Shown: positions 1 through 12,661 of the stretch, one piece after another | Numbering within the stretch: position 1 is the first letter of the stretch | Layout of the letters: every line of letters starts with the position of its first letter | Origin: Azolla caroliniana | Taxonomy: Eukaryota; Plantae; Polypodiophyta | DNA length: 64,000 bases | Direction: 5' to 3' | NCBI GenBank assembly: GCA_043228905.1 | Contig: JBHGNT010000005.1 | Location: 4,774,001 to 4,838,000, forward strand | Program-made: the position numbers and the translations under genes | The notes under the pieces: generated by a model | Databases searched by the model: none | Seen by the model: only the letters and a program-made list of their open reading frames with translations | What the model was told of the DNA's origin: nothing

Positions 1-39
1 GTGGGTTGAACGCTGAATAGACTTAGTACTAATTAGTTG

Positions 40-92
<53 letters not shown>

Positions 93-828
93 GTATGTCT
101 CCCTTTTTCCTTTTTGTATGTTTTTTTGGGCATGTGTCTTTTGTGTGTGAGAGTGTGAACACAGGTTTGTAGACGTTGGACAAAGAAAAGAAGAAAAGGA
201 AAAAGGAGGGACAGCGTGACAAGTTTTTTAGAGAGAAAAACAGAGAGCGAAAAACAGGTTTTCAGAGAGAAAAATAGAGAGCAAAAAAACAGAGAGTGAA
301 AAACAGAGCGCGGAGTGAACGGAACTAAGGCTGAAAAACAGAGTTTCGAGAAGAAGAGGCGTATGAGAAAAACACAACAAAGCTTCTGCAAGAAAACAGA
401 AACAAGTGAGCGAGAACTCGTTGCAAGTGTAAAGACGGAGATCTAGCGAGGTGCTGTCTGGACTACCCAAAAGAGTCACAACAACTCTTCTGTCCACTTG
501 TAACAGGTTTATTTGCTATGTGTTTTTGGTTATGTTTCTGTTGTTTATCCTATCTAGTAGGGTGAATATTGTATCCAAGGCGGTAGCCTAGAAATATATG
601 CGCATATCTCTACAGTAAGCTTTAGAGGTTATCAACACCTTGTATACTTAGAAAGTAGTGAATTTCTTTCAGAACCTAAAGTTCCCGTGGTTTTTCCCAA
701 TTTTGGGTTTTCCACGTTAAATCTCGGTGTACTCTCTCATTTCTTCTTGTGGTTTCATCCATTGTTTATTAAGTGTGAATTGTGTTTGAAAGTTTAAATT
801 ATCCCGATTCCGCTCCATATTCCCAATA
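1..828 (+). repeat. C1 5' LTR (partial)
   Basis: Collinear with ~6023-6868; ends TCCCAATA just before the PBS; contains (TA)n/(TATG)n. Confidence 0.93.
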
Positions 829-830
829 AG

Positions 831-842
831 TGGTATCAGAGC
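831..842 (+). promoter_or_regulatory. Primer-binding site, tRNA-iMet
   Basis: TGGTATCAGAGC 2 nt after the LTR end. Confidence 0.95.
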
Positions 843-1923
843 AGAGGTTCATACCTCCGCAAAGACTTGGAATATGGATGAATCATTAGGTGGGATGATT
901 AAACTGATGGGATCCAACTACCCCATTTGGAAGTCCAAAATGAGGGACATGTTGGTATGTAAGGACATGTGGTTGCTCGTACTACATGGTACGAGCAAAC
1001 CCAAGAACATAGATACACTAACCTGGGATGCCATGCATCTAAAGACATCTGCATACATCCGATGTTTTATAGACAGGAGTCTATATAACAATTTCTGTGA
1101 TGAAACCAAAGCACACGAGTTATGGAGAAAAATCGAGAGTATGTTTCAGCCAAAAAATGCTTTGAATATCTAGTCTCCGTGTTTAGGAAACTTGTAAGAC
1201 TTAGGTATCAACATGGCTCCAGTATGGCAGAGCATCTTAATACGTTTCAAGGACTTATAAGTAAAACTGTCTCTCCAGATATACCTCTAGCAAATGAGGT
1301 GTTGACCTTGTTATTGTTAGGCTCTCTCCCAAATAGTTGGGAAACCCTTGTTGTGACGCTTGGGAATGCAACGCAACAAAAGGACCTAACATTGGACATG
1401 CTTAAGTCGAATCTTCTACATGAAGAAGCACGACGAAAGGAGCAGGACTCCAACTTTGACCATAAAGCCTTAGTCATAGAAAACAACTCCTCTAGAGGAA
1501 GAAACCATGTTAGGGGTCCACAAAATCATAGAAACAATTCTAAGGGGAGGTCAAAGTCTAGAAGTAGAAAAGACTTCAAGAAAGATTTTTCATGTTGTTA
1601 TTGTAGTGGTCCAAACCATTATGAGAGAGATTATTGGAAGAAAAAGAAAGACCAAAAGAAAGGAACCACCGATAATAAGAGCAATGACCTCACTACAGCC
1701 ACTTGTGATGGCGACATTGTCATTGCTTGTGATGACGCGTGTGTTAGCTTAGCATGCCAACAAACTGATTGGATTATTGACTCGGGAGCCTCGTATCACA
1801 TCACTCCATACCGAGAGATGTTCTCGTCACATGCCGGTGGTGACTTTGGCAAAGTAGAAATGGCTAACCACGGCATAACAAAGGTTGTTGGCATAGGAAA
1901 TATAATTCTAACCACAAACACGG

Positions 1924-2464
1924 TGTCGTGAAGATTTTCGTCCATAGGCGGAAACTGGGGTGGAAGGGGCAAGTCGGTGGTGTGCAACATGTGCACATGT
2001 ATACTAGGATATGGTGTATAGAAAGAGAGGGGAAATTTTTGTCCCACATTGTAAGGTCCCTCCCTCCTTGGGCTATAAAAGGAAGGGAGGGGTCACTTAT
2101 GGGGGGTTGCCTATTTTGTGCGAGTAAGGTATACCACTTAGTCTAGGGTTCTCCCTCTTCCCATTTCGTTTAGGGTTAGGGTTTCGGTTAGGGTTTTCTT
2201 CTTGGGTTTCCCTTTAGGGTTTCCGGATAGTCATTTTGGGGCGGCCATGGCGGCCACCACTGTTGTAACCGTTCGTTGTTTTAACATAACTTGTTGAGCA
2301 TCTTGCCTCCGCCGATCTCTCCTTCAATGTCGTGGTCTTATTCTTTTCCTCTTCTCCTCTTGGGCTAAGCCTCCATATCGTGTCCTACTCTTTCTCCTCC
2401 ACTCCCTAGTCCAAGACCCCCGCGGTCCCGCCCCTTCTACACGCACGCGCGTAACAACGCGACA
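1924..2464 (+). mobile_element. Solo LTR A of the TGTCGTGAAG gypsy lineage, 4-bp TSD ACGG
   Basis: TGTCGTGAAG...CGCGACA; ACGG at 1920-1923 and 2465-2468; excision restores host frame TTNTG-WRLVLNDVRHVP; TATA-like GGCTATAAAA. Confidence 0.93.
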
Positions 2465-2874
2465 ACGGGTTGGAGACTAGTATTAAATGATGTTAGGCAT
2501 GTACCGGACATTCGGCTAAATATTATTTCAGCCGGTAAGCTTGATGATGAGGGTTACACAAATTCCTTCAGTGAAGGAAAATGGAAGCTCATCAAAGGAT
2601 CGCTAGTATTAGCAAGATGCCTAAAAGATATGGTGTCCAATGGAGAGGTGAATGTTGCCAATAAGGAAGTTCCTATTGAACTGTGGCACAAGAGACTTGG
2701 GCACATGAGTCAAAAAGGACTCGAGGTGCGAGCTAGAAACAAACATCCTACCTGAGAAAAGAGGTATGCACTTAGAAAGTTGTGTTGATTGCTTGGCCGG
2801 CAAACAACACAGAGTTGCCTTTCAGCACCTTCCTCCCAAAAGAAAATTTCAGCCATTGGAATTGGTGCACACGG

Positions 2875-3474
2875 TGTCGTGAAGAAAACCGTCCCTAGGC
2901 AGAAACTGAGTTTAGCATGTGTAAAACGGCCCTTACACGCGAGCACACTTTTCGTTGTATAGTAAGTAGGTAGGTACAAGTCGGCTGAGGTGAAATCCTA
3001 GGTAGCACGCATTCAATAGGATGATAACGGCCTCCCTCCTTGGGCTATAAAAGAGAGGGAGAGGAATGAAAATGTATTGCGCGTTAGAGAGGAAAGAGTT
3101 ATGCCGAACAGGGACCAAGCCCTTCTCCTCTGCCACTCTCCGTAACCATTTTTGCGCAGGTTTTCGGGAGACTGGCTCTGCTCCGTGGAATGCCCGTGTG
3201 CTTCCGGCTGAGTCTCTATCTCGCTCTTTTGTGTGTGAGTGAACAGACGTCGGTGTTCGCCTTGCCGACCTGTTAGTTGTAACCGTTCATTTACTCGGAC
3301 TTCACGTCGTCTCGTTTTGCTGTGTTGTTGGACTGTGATTCCTGTGTGCTCCCGTGTTTGTGCGTGTGCGAGTGTGTCCGTTGCCCTTCCGTTCCCTTCC
3401 TTCTCAGATATTTCTCGGTCCAAGACCCCGGTGGTCCCACCTCGTTCTCCACGCACGCGCGTAGCAACACGACA
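2875..3474 (+). mobile_element. Solo LTR B of the TGTCGTGAAG gypsy lineage, 4-bp TSD ACGG/ATGG
   Basis: TGTCGTGAAGAAAACCGTCC...CACGACA; ACGG 2871-2874, ATGG 3475-3478; excision restores integrase LVHTDLCYM. Confidence 0.93.
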
Positions 3475-5984
3475 ATGGACTTGTGCTATATGAAAGATAG
3501 AACTCTTGGGGGAGCATTGTACTTTGCCATGTTTATCGATGACTTCTTGAGGAAGTTGTGGTGTTTTGCATTAAAGACTAAAGATCAAGTGTTTGAAATC
3601 TTTAGGAACTTTCATATAAGTGTGGAAAGAGAAACAGGAAGAAAGCTTAAATGTATCCGTTCCGATAACGACGGTGAGTATCAGGGACGATTTGAAGAAT
3701 ATTGTCGTGAGCATGGTATTAGACTAGAGAGAAGTGTCCCGAAAACACCTCAGCACAATGGCGTGGCTGAGAGGATGAATAGGACGATTTGGGAGCGGAT
3801 AAGATGCATGCTATCCCACTCAAAATTACAGAAATCTTTTTGGGGTGAAGCAATGAGGACTACCGTTGACCTCATAAACTTGTCCCCATCAATCCCGTTG
3901 GATGGTGATGTACCCGAGAGGGTTTGGACAGGTAAGGAGGTGTCATACAAACACTTAAGAGTGTTTGGTTGCAAGGCTTGATGATGAAAGATGAAAGATC
4001 CAAGCTTGATGACAAATGCCAACCATGCATATTTTTGGGATACGGCCATGAGAAATTCAGCTATAGACTTTATGACCTAGTAGAGAAGAAGGTCATTAGA
4101 AGCAGGGATGTGGTATTCCTTGAGGATCAGACCTTACAAGATCCGGAGCCGAATGAAATGCCGGATCTCACCCCTGATTTTTCAGTCACCGAACACCCAA
4201 TGCTTGCCCCAGACACACAAGATCATGGGGGAGATACCGAGGAGTATGATGATATGACTGATGATGCAGCCGACGATGATGATGGGCAGAATCATGACCA
4301 TCATACTCTAGGTGACATTTCAGCAGCTCCTCCGGAAGAGGAAGAGGTTAGAAGGTCTATGAGACAAAGAAGACCTTCTACGAGATACAACCCACATGAA
4401 TATGTGATGCTTTCAAATGGAGGAGAGCTAGATTTCTTTAGAGAAGCTATGGCAAATGATCATAAGGAGGAATGGCTTGACGCCATGAATGATGAGATGA
4501 AGTCTTTGCAAGACAATCACACTTATGATCTTGTAAAGCTGCCTAAGGGCAAGAGAGCGCTGAAAAACAAATGGGTTTACAGGCTCAAGACTGAGGAACA
4601 TTGATCACAGCCAAGATACAAGGCAAGATTGGTTGTGAAGGGGTTCAACCAGAAAAAGGGAATTGATTTAGAGGAGATTTTCTAACCAGTGGTGAAGATG
4701 TCCTTGATCAGAGTTGTACTTGGGATTGTAGCCACTCTCGATCTAGAAATCGAGCAACTTGATGTAAAAACCACCTTCCTCCATGGCGATTTGGAAGAAG
4801 AGATTTACATGGATCAACCCAAAGGGTTTGGAGTCAAAGGTAAAGAAGAGCTTGTATGGCCTAAAGCAAGCTCCTAGACTTTGGTACAAAAAGTTTGACT
4901 CCTTTATGTTGAACCATGGGTATAATAGAACAAACACAGACCATTGTGTGTTTGTTAAGAAATTCCCAGATGGGGATTTTGTCATTTTGCTCTTGTATGT
5001 TGATGATATGTTGATCGTTGGTGAAGACACCAATAAGATTGAGAAGCTGAAAAAGGAACTCAACAAATCTTTTGCCATGAAAGACTTGGGACCAGCCAAG
5101 CAAATCCTTGGGATGAAGATAACTAGGGACAAGGCAAGCAAAAGACTTTGGTTGTCTCAAGAAAAGTACATTGTGAAGGTACTTGAGAGATTCAACATGG
5201 CTAAGAGTAGGCCGGTCAACACTCCACTCGCAGGCCGCTTTAAACTTAGTTCAACTCAATGCCCTACGAGTGATGAAGAGCAAGAAGGAATGAAACAAAT
5301 ACCATAGGCCTCTGTAGTCAGTAGTTTAATGTATGCTATGGTATGCACGAGGCTAAACATTGCTCACGCAGTTGGTGTAGTGAGCCGTTTTCTCTCGAAC
5401 CCTGGAAAAGATCATTGGAAAGCAGTGAAATGGATCCTGCGATATCTGAGGGGTACCTCAAGAGTCTGTATAAAATTTGGTGAGAACCAAACTATATTAG
5501 ATGGATATACAGATGTCGATATGGCTGGTGATGTTGACTCTAGAAAGTCTACATCTGGTTACCCAATGATCTTTGCAGGGGGAGCGGTCTCTTGGCAATC
5601 AAGATTGCAAAAATGTGTGGCATTATCCACAACGGAGGGTGAGTATATTGCTGCCACAGAAGCTAGTAAGGAATTGTTATGGCTAAAGAAATTCCTACAA
5701 GAGTTGGGGCTGACCCAAGAACAGTACATTTTGTATTGTGATAGCCAAAGTGCTATCCACTTAAGTAAGAATTCTTCCTTTCATTCCAAGTCAAAACACA
5801 TAGATGTTAGATACCATTGGATTAGAGATGTGCTTGAAGAAAAGCAAATGCACATTGAAAAGATTCACACAAATGAGAATGGTTCCGACATGATGACAAA
5901 ATGTTTGTCAAGGGAGAAGCTTGAAGTTTGCAAACAAAAGGCAAACCTAGTTGTGTCCCCCACTTGAGATGGAGGGGGGAGAAT

Positions 5985-6073
5985 TGTTGGGGCTTGTCCA
6001 CTCCAGTGGAGCCCACAACATTAAGTTGGCTGAATGCCGAATAGACTTAATACTAATTAGTTGTATTTAAATA

Positions 6074-6109
<36 letters not shown>

Positions 6110-6868
6110 TGTATGTATGTATGTCTCCCTTTTTCCTTTTTGTATGTTTTTTTGGGCATGTGTCTTTTGTGTGTGTGAGTGTGAACATAGGTTTGTGGAC
6201 GTTGGACAAAGAAAAGAAGAAAAGGAAAAAGGAGAGACAGCGTGACAGGATTTTTAGAGAGAAAAACAGAGAGCAAAAAAACAGATTTTCTGAGAGAAAA
6301 TAGAGAGTGAAAAATAGAGCGCGGAGTGAACAGAACTAAGGCTGAAAAACAGAGATTCGAGAAGAAGAGGTGTATGAGAAAAACACAACAAAGCTTCTGC
6401 AAGAAAACAGAAACAAGTGTGAGAGCTCCAGAACAAGGTGATCGAGAGCGAGAACTCATTGCAAGTGTAAAGACGGAGATTTAGCGAGGTAATGTTTGGA
6501 CTACCCAAAAGAGTCACAACAACTCTTCTGACCACTTGTAACAGGTTTATTTGTTCTGTGTTTTTGGTTATTTTTCTGTTGTTTATCCTATCTGGTAAGG
6601 TGAATATTGTATCTAAGGCAGTAGCCTTAAAATATATACATGCATATCTCTAGAGTAAGCTTTAGAGGTTGTCAACACCTTGTATACTCAGAAAATAGTG
6701 AATTTGTTTCGGAACCTAAAGTTCCCGTGGTTTTTTCCAATTTTGGGTTTTCCACGTTAAATCTTGGTGTACTCTCTCATTTCGTCTTGTGGCTTCATCC
6801 ATTGTTTATTAAGTGTGAATTGTGTTTGAAAGTTTAAATTATCCCGATTTCGCTCCATATTCCCAACA
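5985..6868 (+). repeat. C1 3' LTR
   Basis: TGTTGGG...CCCAACA, preceded by PPT 5971-5982. Confidence 0.95.
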
Positions 6869-8916
6869 CTACTAAATTATCCTTCGCTGGTAGGGTCCTT
6901 GTTGCGAACCAAGTGCTGCTCGTTACCATGTGGCACTAAGTCTCATGCTGGATTATGGACCCTGCAGGTTTGCACGCGATTAAGGCTACCATCAGGGGGT
7001 TTATATGGTCAGGTAAGGATAACCCAAGGGCTGCCACCAGAGTGTCATGGTGTTGGTTAACACAACTGCGGGCCAAAGGGGGGCTTGGCCTCATAGAACC
7101 CTTAATGCAAAGTCATGCATTGTTGGCTAAAATGGTGGTTCGCTGCCTTCTGCTAGATAAGGGGTGTTGGAAGGTATTACTTCGCAACAGGCTGCAAGCA
7201 GGGACTCCCAAGTATGGTAAGCCTTGGCCTGACTCCTTGAATTGGTGCTGCACGAGCGGAGTCCCACCTAAGTTGGCTTGCCATCCGGAGGACAGGGTCG
7301 TGAACTCCATCTTGCGGGCATGGTGCCATCTACGACAACATTTGGTCAAACACACCCCAGAGACATTGACCGAATGGACTAGACAGCCACTATTCTAGAA
7401 TCCTCACGTGCGAACAAGTGACGACACGATGCTAGGGCAACTTAAGGGCCTAGCATGGGGAAAGCTGGCACAAACATGCCTCCTATCTATAGACGATTGG
7501 AGACGCATGGTTGTTTCAGGAAGAGCCCAAGAGGACCTTTTCCCTCCCCTCAAGGGAGCTACGAAAATGCGGAGACTGATAGCTGAGGCAGTTGACAGGG
7601 TTCCAATGTGGGAGGCGAGAGTACAAGCATTGTTCGGTCTCTTTGACGAGGCTGGAATGGTCAAGTCGCTAAAGGGTGTGAGCGGATCGGGGAGAGATAC
7701 AGTTTTTGGGGACAGTCAGAGCAAGGGCTCTTGGCACCCAATCCGAGTGGTGGCACAGGTTGATAACATCTGGAAGACAGACCCAGATGTTGCTAAGGTG
7801 GAACCGCATTGGAGGTTAAGGGACCCAGGGGAGTTCAGATGGAAACATGACGATAGACTCCACCACTTCTTCGATTACACCACTAAATTGGGTCGAACTT
7901 TGCGGCTGCAGCTAGGCGGCCCTCGTTCGCAATGGCTGGCGAACATTGGGCATTCCCGATGAGGCGCTCATTACCTTTTGGAAGGGTCTCTGGCGTCTCC
8001 ACATGCCTGAAAAGATCAAGTTCTTTTGGTGGCAGATCGGTCATAATGTGGTGCCCGTTGGCGAATGGCTAGATAAACATGGCGGCCCGTTAGGCTGCCC
8101 ATTGTGCTCTCGACCTATTGAGAGTCTAAGACATTGTCTGTGGGATTGCCCTCAAGCTCAAAAGGTATGGGATAGAGTGACTCGCCTCCTTGCGGCATGT
8201 GAAGTTAAAGGAACAACCTCGTGGAGCGTTGCGGCATGGATTGATCACTCGATCGAAGGGTGGACGGATGCCGTCAATGTGGATAGTTGGTGCTATGTAT
8301 GCACGAGAGGCAAAACCGTCAAGATTCATTTTGAAAGAGGCTTGCAGTTCGCATCCCCTAGGTTTCCGGAAATCTGGACGTTGATCGCAGGTTTCACCTT
8401 GTGGTATATATGGAAAGCGTGTTGCCTCAAGGTTTTCCAAGGTACGGTACGACCCCCGGAGGAAGTGATCATGGACATATGGTTCACGCTTATCAGCTGC
8501 CTACGAGGGAAACTGGAAGAGGTTTGCAACCACTCCAACAACGTGGTCACTACTCGTTTTCGCTTTTGGCAGAAATGGCAGAACACACCTATGGTGATGC
8601 AAGGCGGGAGTGGCCCAAGGTGGAACTACCAGCCCCCACGTTGGTTGTTTCCTACTCACCTGCCACCCTCTCTTCGTTGTAGGCTCCAAGAGCCGACTCG
8701 TACTAGGCAACATTGAAGGGCATCGCCTTGGATATAGGTAGCTTTTTACATTAAATTAGGTTGCAAGGCGTTGTAAGTAGGCTCATCTTCTTTTACTTGA
8801 TAGGAGGAAGACTCCCCTATGTGTGTATAAGTCTCCTTGTAGACTCTCTATGTAATAATCCTTCCTAACTAATGGGAAAGTAGCTTCATTTTGAAAATAA
8901 AAATAAAAAATAAAAA
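6869..8916 (+). mobile_element. L1-clade LINE 3' fragment (ORF2 post-RT region and zf-RVT), decayed; interrupted by C1
   Basis: LSFAGRVLVANQVLL, FIWSG...RVSWCWLT...KGGLGL, LWRLHMPEKIKFFWW...CPLC...ESLRHCLWDC; A-rich tail ~8894-8916. Confidence 0.9.
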
Positions 8917-9556
8917 GCTCTAGAGTCTATATAAAGCTACATTGTTATATAAAGTTGTAAAATGAATAATATAATCCAAATAAAGATTTGAGAATATATA
9001 TACCATCACTCCATGATACTACATATTGTGAGTGTGTTGTACAAAAACATATAATACATTAATATACACATATCATAGTATATATATTTATATGTGACAT
9101 ATATGACATAGAAAATAGAATTCTAACACGTCATTTAAAAAGTATAAAATTTAAGGGCCTTTCATAGATAAATAAAAATTTAAACTATTTGTATGTCACG
9201 ACTCACAACGAACATTGACGGGCAAATGGTCTTTGAAGGGCATGCCACCCATCTAATTTTTATTCTGATGAGAATGGAGATACTCAATATTTTGTCATCC
9301 TAGCAAAAGTGGTTTATTTATATTGTCCACTGATAACCCTGCTGTCTTTGTCTATCTAAATAATGTACATAGTAAAATTTAACGTTAATGTCAATAAAGT
9401 TAATCCAAACCCTCAAACTGAGTAGGGGGAATCATAAGTATGTTATGAACTCATGCCCATAAATGGAGCATCCATAAAAACTATGAACTCCTTGTATGTT
9501 ACTCCAACGCGAGGAGTTTGAAACTGTTGTATTCACAGACCGGAAAATCGTTGCCA

Positions 9557-10465
9557 ATGTCTACCGCATCCCACCACTCTTCATCGGGAGGTGAAAGAGC
9601 TCGTGTTGTGATGGCCCTTGACTTCGGTACCACATTCTCCGGCTTTGCACACGCACACACTGCTGAGCCTGACCAGGTCTTAAAGTTCTATGAATGGCCG
9701 TGTATGGGCAAGGTTGGTGCAAAGCCCTATTGCAAGACCCAAACCAGTCTCTACTATGAGCCCATTCTCAAGCATGGCCCACAATATGTTGGCCGTAGTC
9801 AGTCTTTACCCGCGGCCTTGCAGCTCAAGTCCTGGGGATGGTCTGCAGAGGTAGAGAAGGTGTTGAGGCTAATCGAGAAGCAGGCACGTGGAGTGAGGGT
9901 GTTGATAGTGGTTGGTGGCTTTGCAGCTTCGCCATACCTGATGAAGAGCGTAAGAGAGAAGTTTAAAGGAATGGTGGATGAGATCATGGTGCCGGAGGAC
10001 CCAGGGAGTGCGATATGCCACGGGGCTGTGCGGCTTCACATAGCAAACGACATAATACAGTCGAGGATCGTGAAGAAGACGTACGGAATTAGGATACGTA
10101 GACGGGCGGTTAGAGGAGATCCAGCAGAGTTCGTGTTTGTGAATGATGATGGAGTATTGAAGTGCTATAATACTTTCTTGATTTTTGTTAGGAAAAAGGC
10201 TACGGTTCCTTTGGGTCACTCGGTAAAGAATTCTGTTTCTCCATCAGTGCATGGGCAGAGGAGCATTGACATCGTTTTGTATAGCTCTACGAAACGAAAC
10301 CCCAAGTTCATGGAGGGAGAGGATAGAGTTATGAAGGAAGGGAGTTTTACGGTGGACATTTAAGAGGCCATTGAGATGGACAAGAAGAGAGAAATCTTGG
10401 TGACCATGTGCTTTGGTGCGTCGCTCATTGGAGTGAAGGCTTCGAGGGTCATGGGCTGTCCGTAG
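9557..10465 (+). pseudogene. HSPA12-type Hsp70/actin-like ATPase, copy 1; large in-frame internal deletion and premature stop at 10361-10363
   Basis: VMALDFGTTFSGFA, LIVVGGFAASPYL, SAICHGAV; lacks the part matching 12961-13938 of copy 2. Confidence 0.85.
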
Positions 10466-12530
10466 TCTTCCACACTCGTTAATTTTGTGAAATGAAAATA
10501 TCTCCTATGATTTCCATGTTTGTTTTGGGGGTATTTCACAATATGGTTGGCATGGTGGGTGCACACATTATGTTTCTCAAGTTATACAACCAATGCGATT
10601 AACTAGTTGGTTTGTGTTCATGGTGGGTGCACACATTATGTTTTCAAGTTATACACCCACATATTTATCTTTTTACTTTCTGATATATTTTTGGTCGTTT
10701 TGGTGATCTCATTGTTTTTAGAAATATATTTTCTGAGCATAAACATATATTGTTTTAGAGAAACGTATATCTGATCCTGGCTATGAACTCCGAATATATG
10801 TTTCATACTCATTTCATTGATGTTTTTTATGCTGTAATTATTTGTGTCCTAGATAACCTTGTATTAAAAAATACTTAATGCACATGTTAATTGTTTGTTT
10901 GAATACTTGAACTATTTAAGTTGCTTCACATATTTACTTGATTGAATACTTGAACTATTTGATGCATTTGTATAGAAGCATGCCCATGAACATCCCCATA
11001 GTCTTGACTCTTCACCTGAATGGTGAACCTTTTTGGGGATTTATGAGTGATTCTGCACTTGTTAAAGAATACACTAGTATGTGTTTTATTTTATGGAACT
11101 ATTTTGTAACGAATGTCGAGAATAGTGATCCTAAAGGGGATGATTTATTGGTAGGGAATCAACCAATTTGATTATCAAGTCAATAATGGTAGAAAGGATT
11201 CTTACAAAATTTTAGTAGCTAACGAAGTTGGGGTGACAATGGATTGATTGTTGGGTGCTAGAAAGTACATATATATTCTCTCTACCAAGTCTGACCTTGT
11301 GTGTTCTCTCTGCTCAAGGACATGTGGCTACACATAGAATACACGAGATTACCCTTTTGAGTTGATATTTCACACTTTTGGCCTGTTGCAAGTGGTAATT
11401 GTCAATCACCTTGCTTATAAGTTATACTTCTTGATGACAATCTACATCAAGGTGTCCTATCTTCAATCAATGCACAACACAAGTAGTACGAAGGATGAGA
11501 AGATAATGATTAGAATGATGAGAAGATAAGTATTATATTGATAAACATGTATTTACACAACATTTTGAAGACACATCTGAAGTGAGAAAGGGATTATGGG
11601 TCAAGATTATGGTTATAGAGAAAGGGAGAAAGCTGAGTTACAGCACTATAAGTAGTGTCAACAATGAAGAAAGTGGTAAACATGAACAACGATGCAGTGA
11701 GCAATTGCTAGTATCTAGTGGTTATAGAGGATGTATAGTGCATTTAAGGTAGATTTAAAGCCACATTCCTTTCCCAGCCATGATAATGGTGATACTCAAT
11801 ATAATTGTCATCGTATCAAAAGAGGTTTAATCATATTGTCTACTCATGTCTCCACTCATGCTCCGACCCTATCTGTCTATTCAAAGTTGGAACAATGTAG
11901 ATTACATTTAACCTTTGTATTGATAAAGTTAATCCAAACCCTCAAAATCAGTAGGGGGAATCCTAAGTTCTTTGTGGATGGAGCATCCATAAAAGTCTGA
12001 ACTCCTGTCTTTTTTGCCTCCTTTATTGTTAATTAAATTTAGGATTATTTGAGATCTTGTTCATTTGAACCTCATTGTTAATTCTAATTTCTCGTTATAT
12101 ATTGGTAAATATCATCATATATACGTACTGCAATACGTTAAAGTATACACTCATATGCAGTAAATATATAAATTCTTAAGGTTTAAATTATGTAAGGAAG
12201 GTGCTCATACTCATTACTAAATACAATGTACAACATTTAACTAATACCCCCATAGAGATAGAGATAGTTATGTAACTTGATACTGACTAAAAAAACATAT
12301 GCTAAGAAGTGCGAACCAGTACTCCTGACTCCTGAGTCTTGGCTTCCTCCTTAGCTTAATCTACTGGGGCGAACGAAGTATCACACCCTTACTTTTATTA
12401 CAACTGCAACAATGATTTGGTCACATCACCACTCCCACTTATCACGCCTCAATGTTTGGTGGCCATCCAACAATGGATATACACACCAACAGCTATAAAA
12501 ATACCTGATAAGCAGATGAAATATCAGAGT

Positions 12531-12531
<1 letters not shown>

Positions 12532-12602
<71 letters not shown>
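12532..12602. repeat. (GA)n microsatellite upstream of Hsp70-like copy 2
   Basis: Perfect GA run ~60 bp before the ATG, downstream of TATA-like CTATAAAAATA at ~12493. Confidence 0.95.
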
Positions 12603-12606
<4 letters not shown>

Positions 12607-12661
12607 CTTTCTTTGATTCCATAGCCAGGATCTGGATTCAGATAGCCGAAAATCGTGGTCA

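Larger units (their letters stand above)
874..5967 (+). pseudogene. C1 gag-pol polyprotein, disrupted by stops, frameshifts and two solo-LTR insertions
   Basis: ORF pieces 874-1173, 1122-1931, 3322-3981, 3969-4604, 4783-5307, 5329-5967 carry copia gag, PR, IN, RT and RH motifs. Confidence 0.93.
1..6868 (+). mobile_element. Ty1/copia LTR retrotransposon C1 (Tnt1/Tork-like), decayed; 5' LTR cut by the window start
   Basis: Paired LTRs (1-828, 5985-6868), PBS TGGTATCAGAGC, PPT GGAGGGGGGAGA, order gag-PR-IN-RT-RH with motifs WIIDSGASYH, TPQHNGVAERMNRT, LLYVDDMLI, SKHIDVRYHWIRD. Confidence 0.96.

Noticed and set aside
29-500. Hydrophobic ORFs in C1 LTRs and other microsatellite-rich LTRs
   Set aside because: Produced by (TA)n, (TATG)n and A/G-rich LTR sequence.
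10960-11750. Gene or defined element between the Hsp70-like copies (also 15300-15720)
   Set aside because: Possibly old LTR debris, but no termini, TSD or protein motif could be supported.
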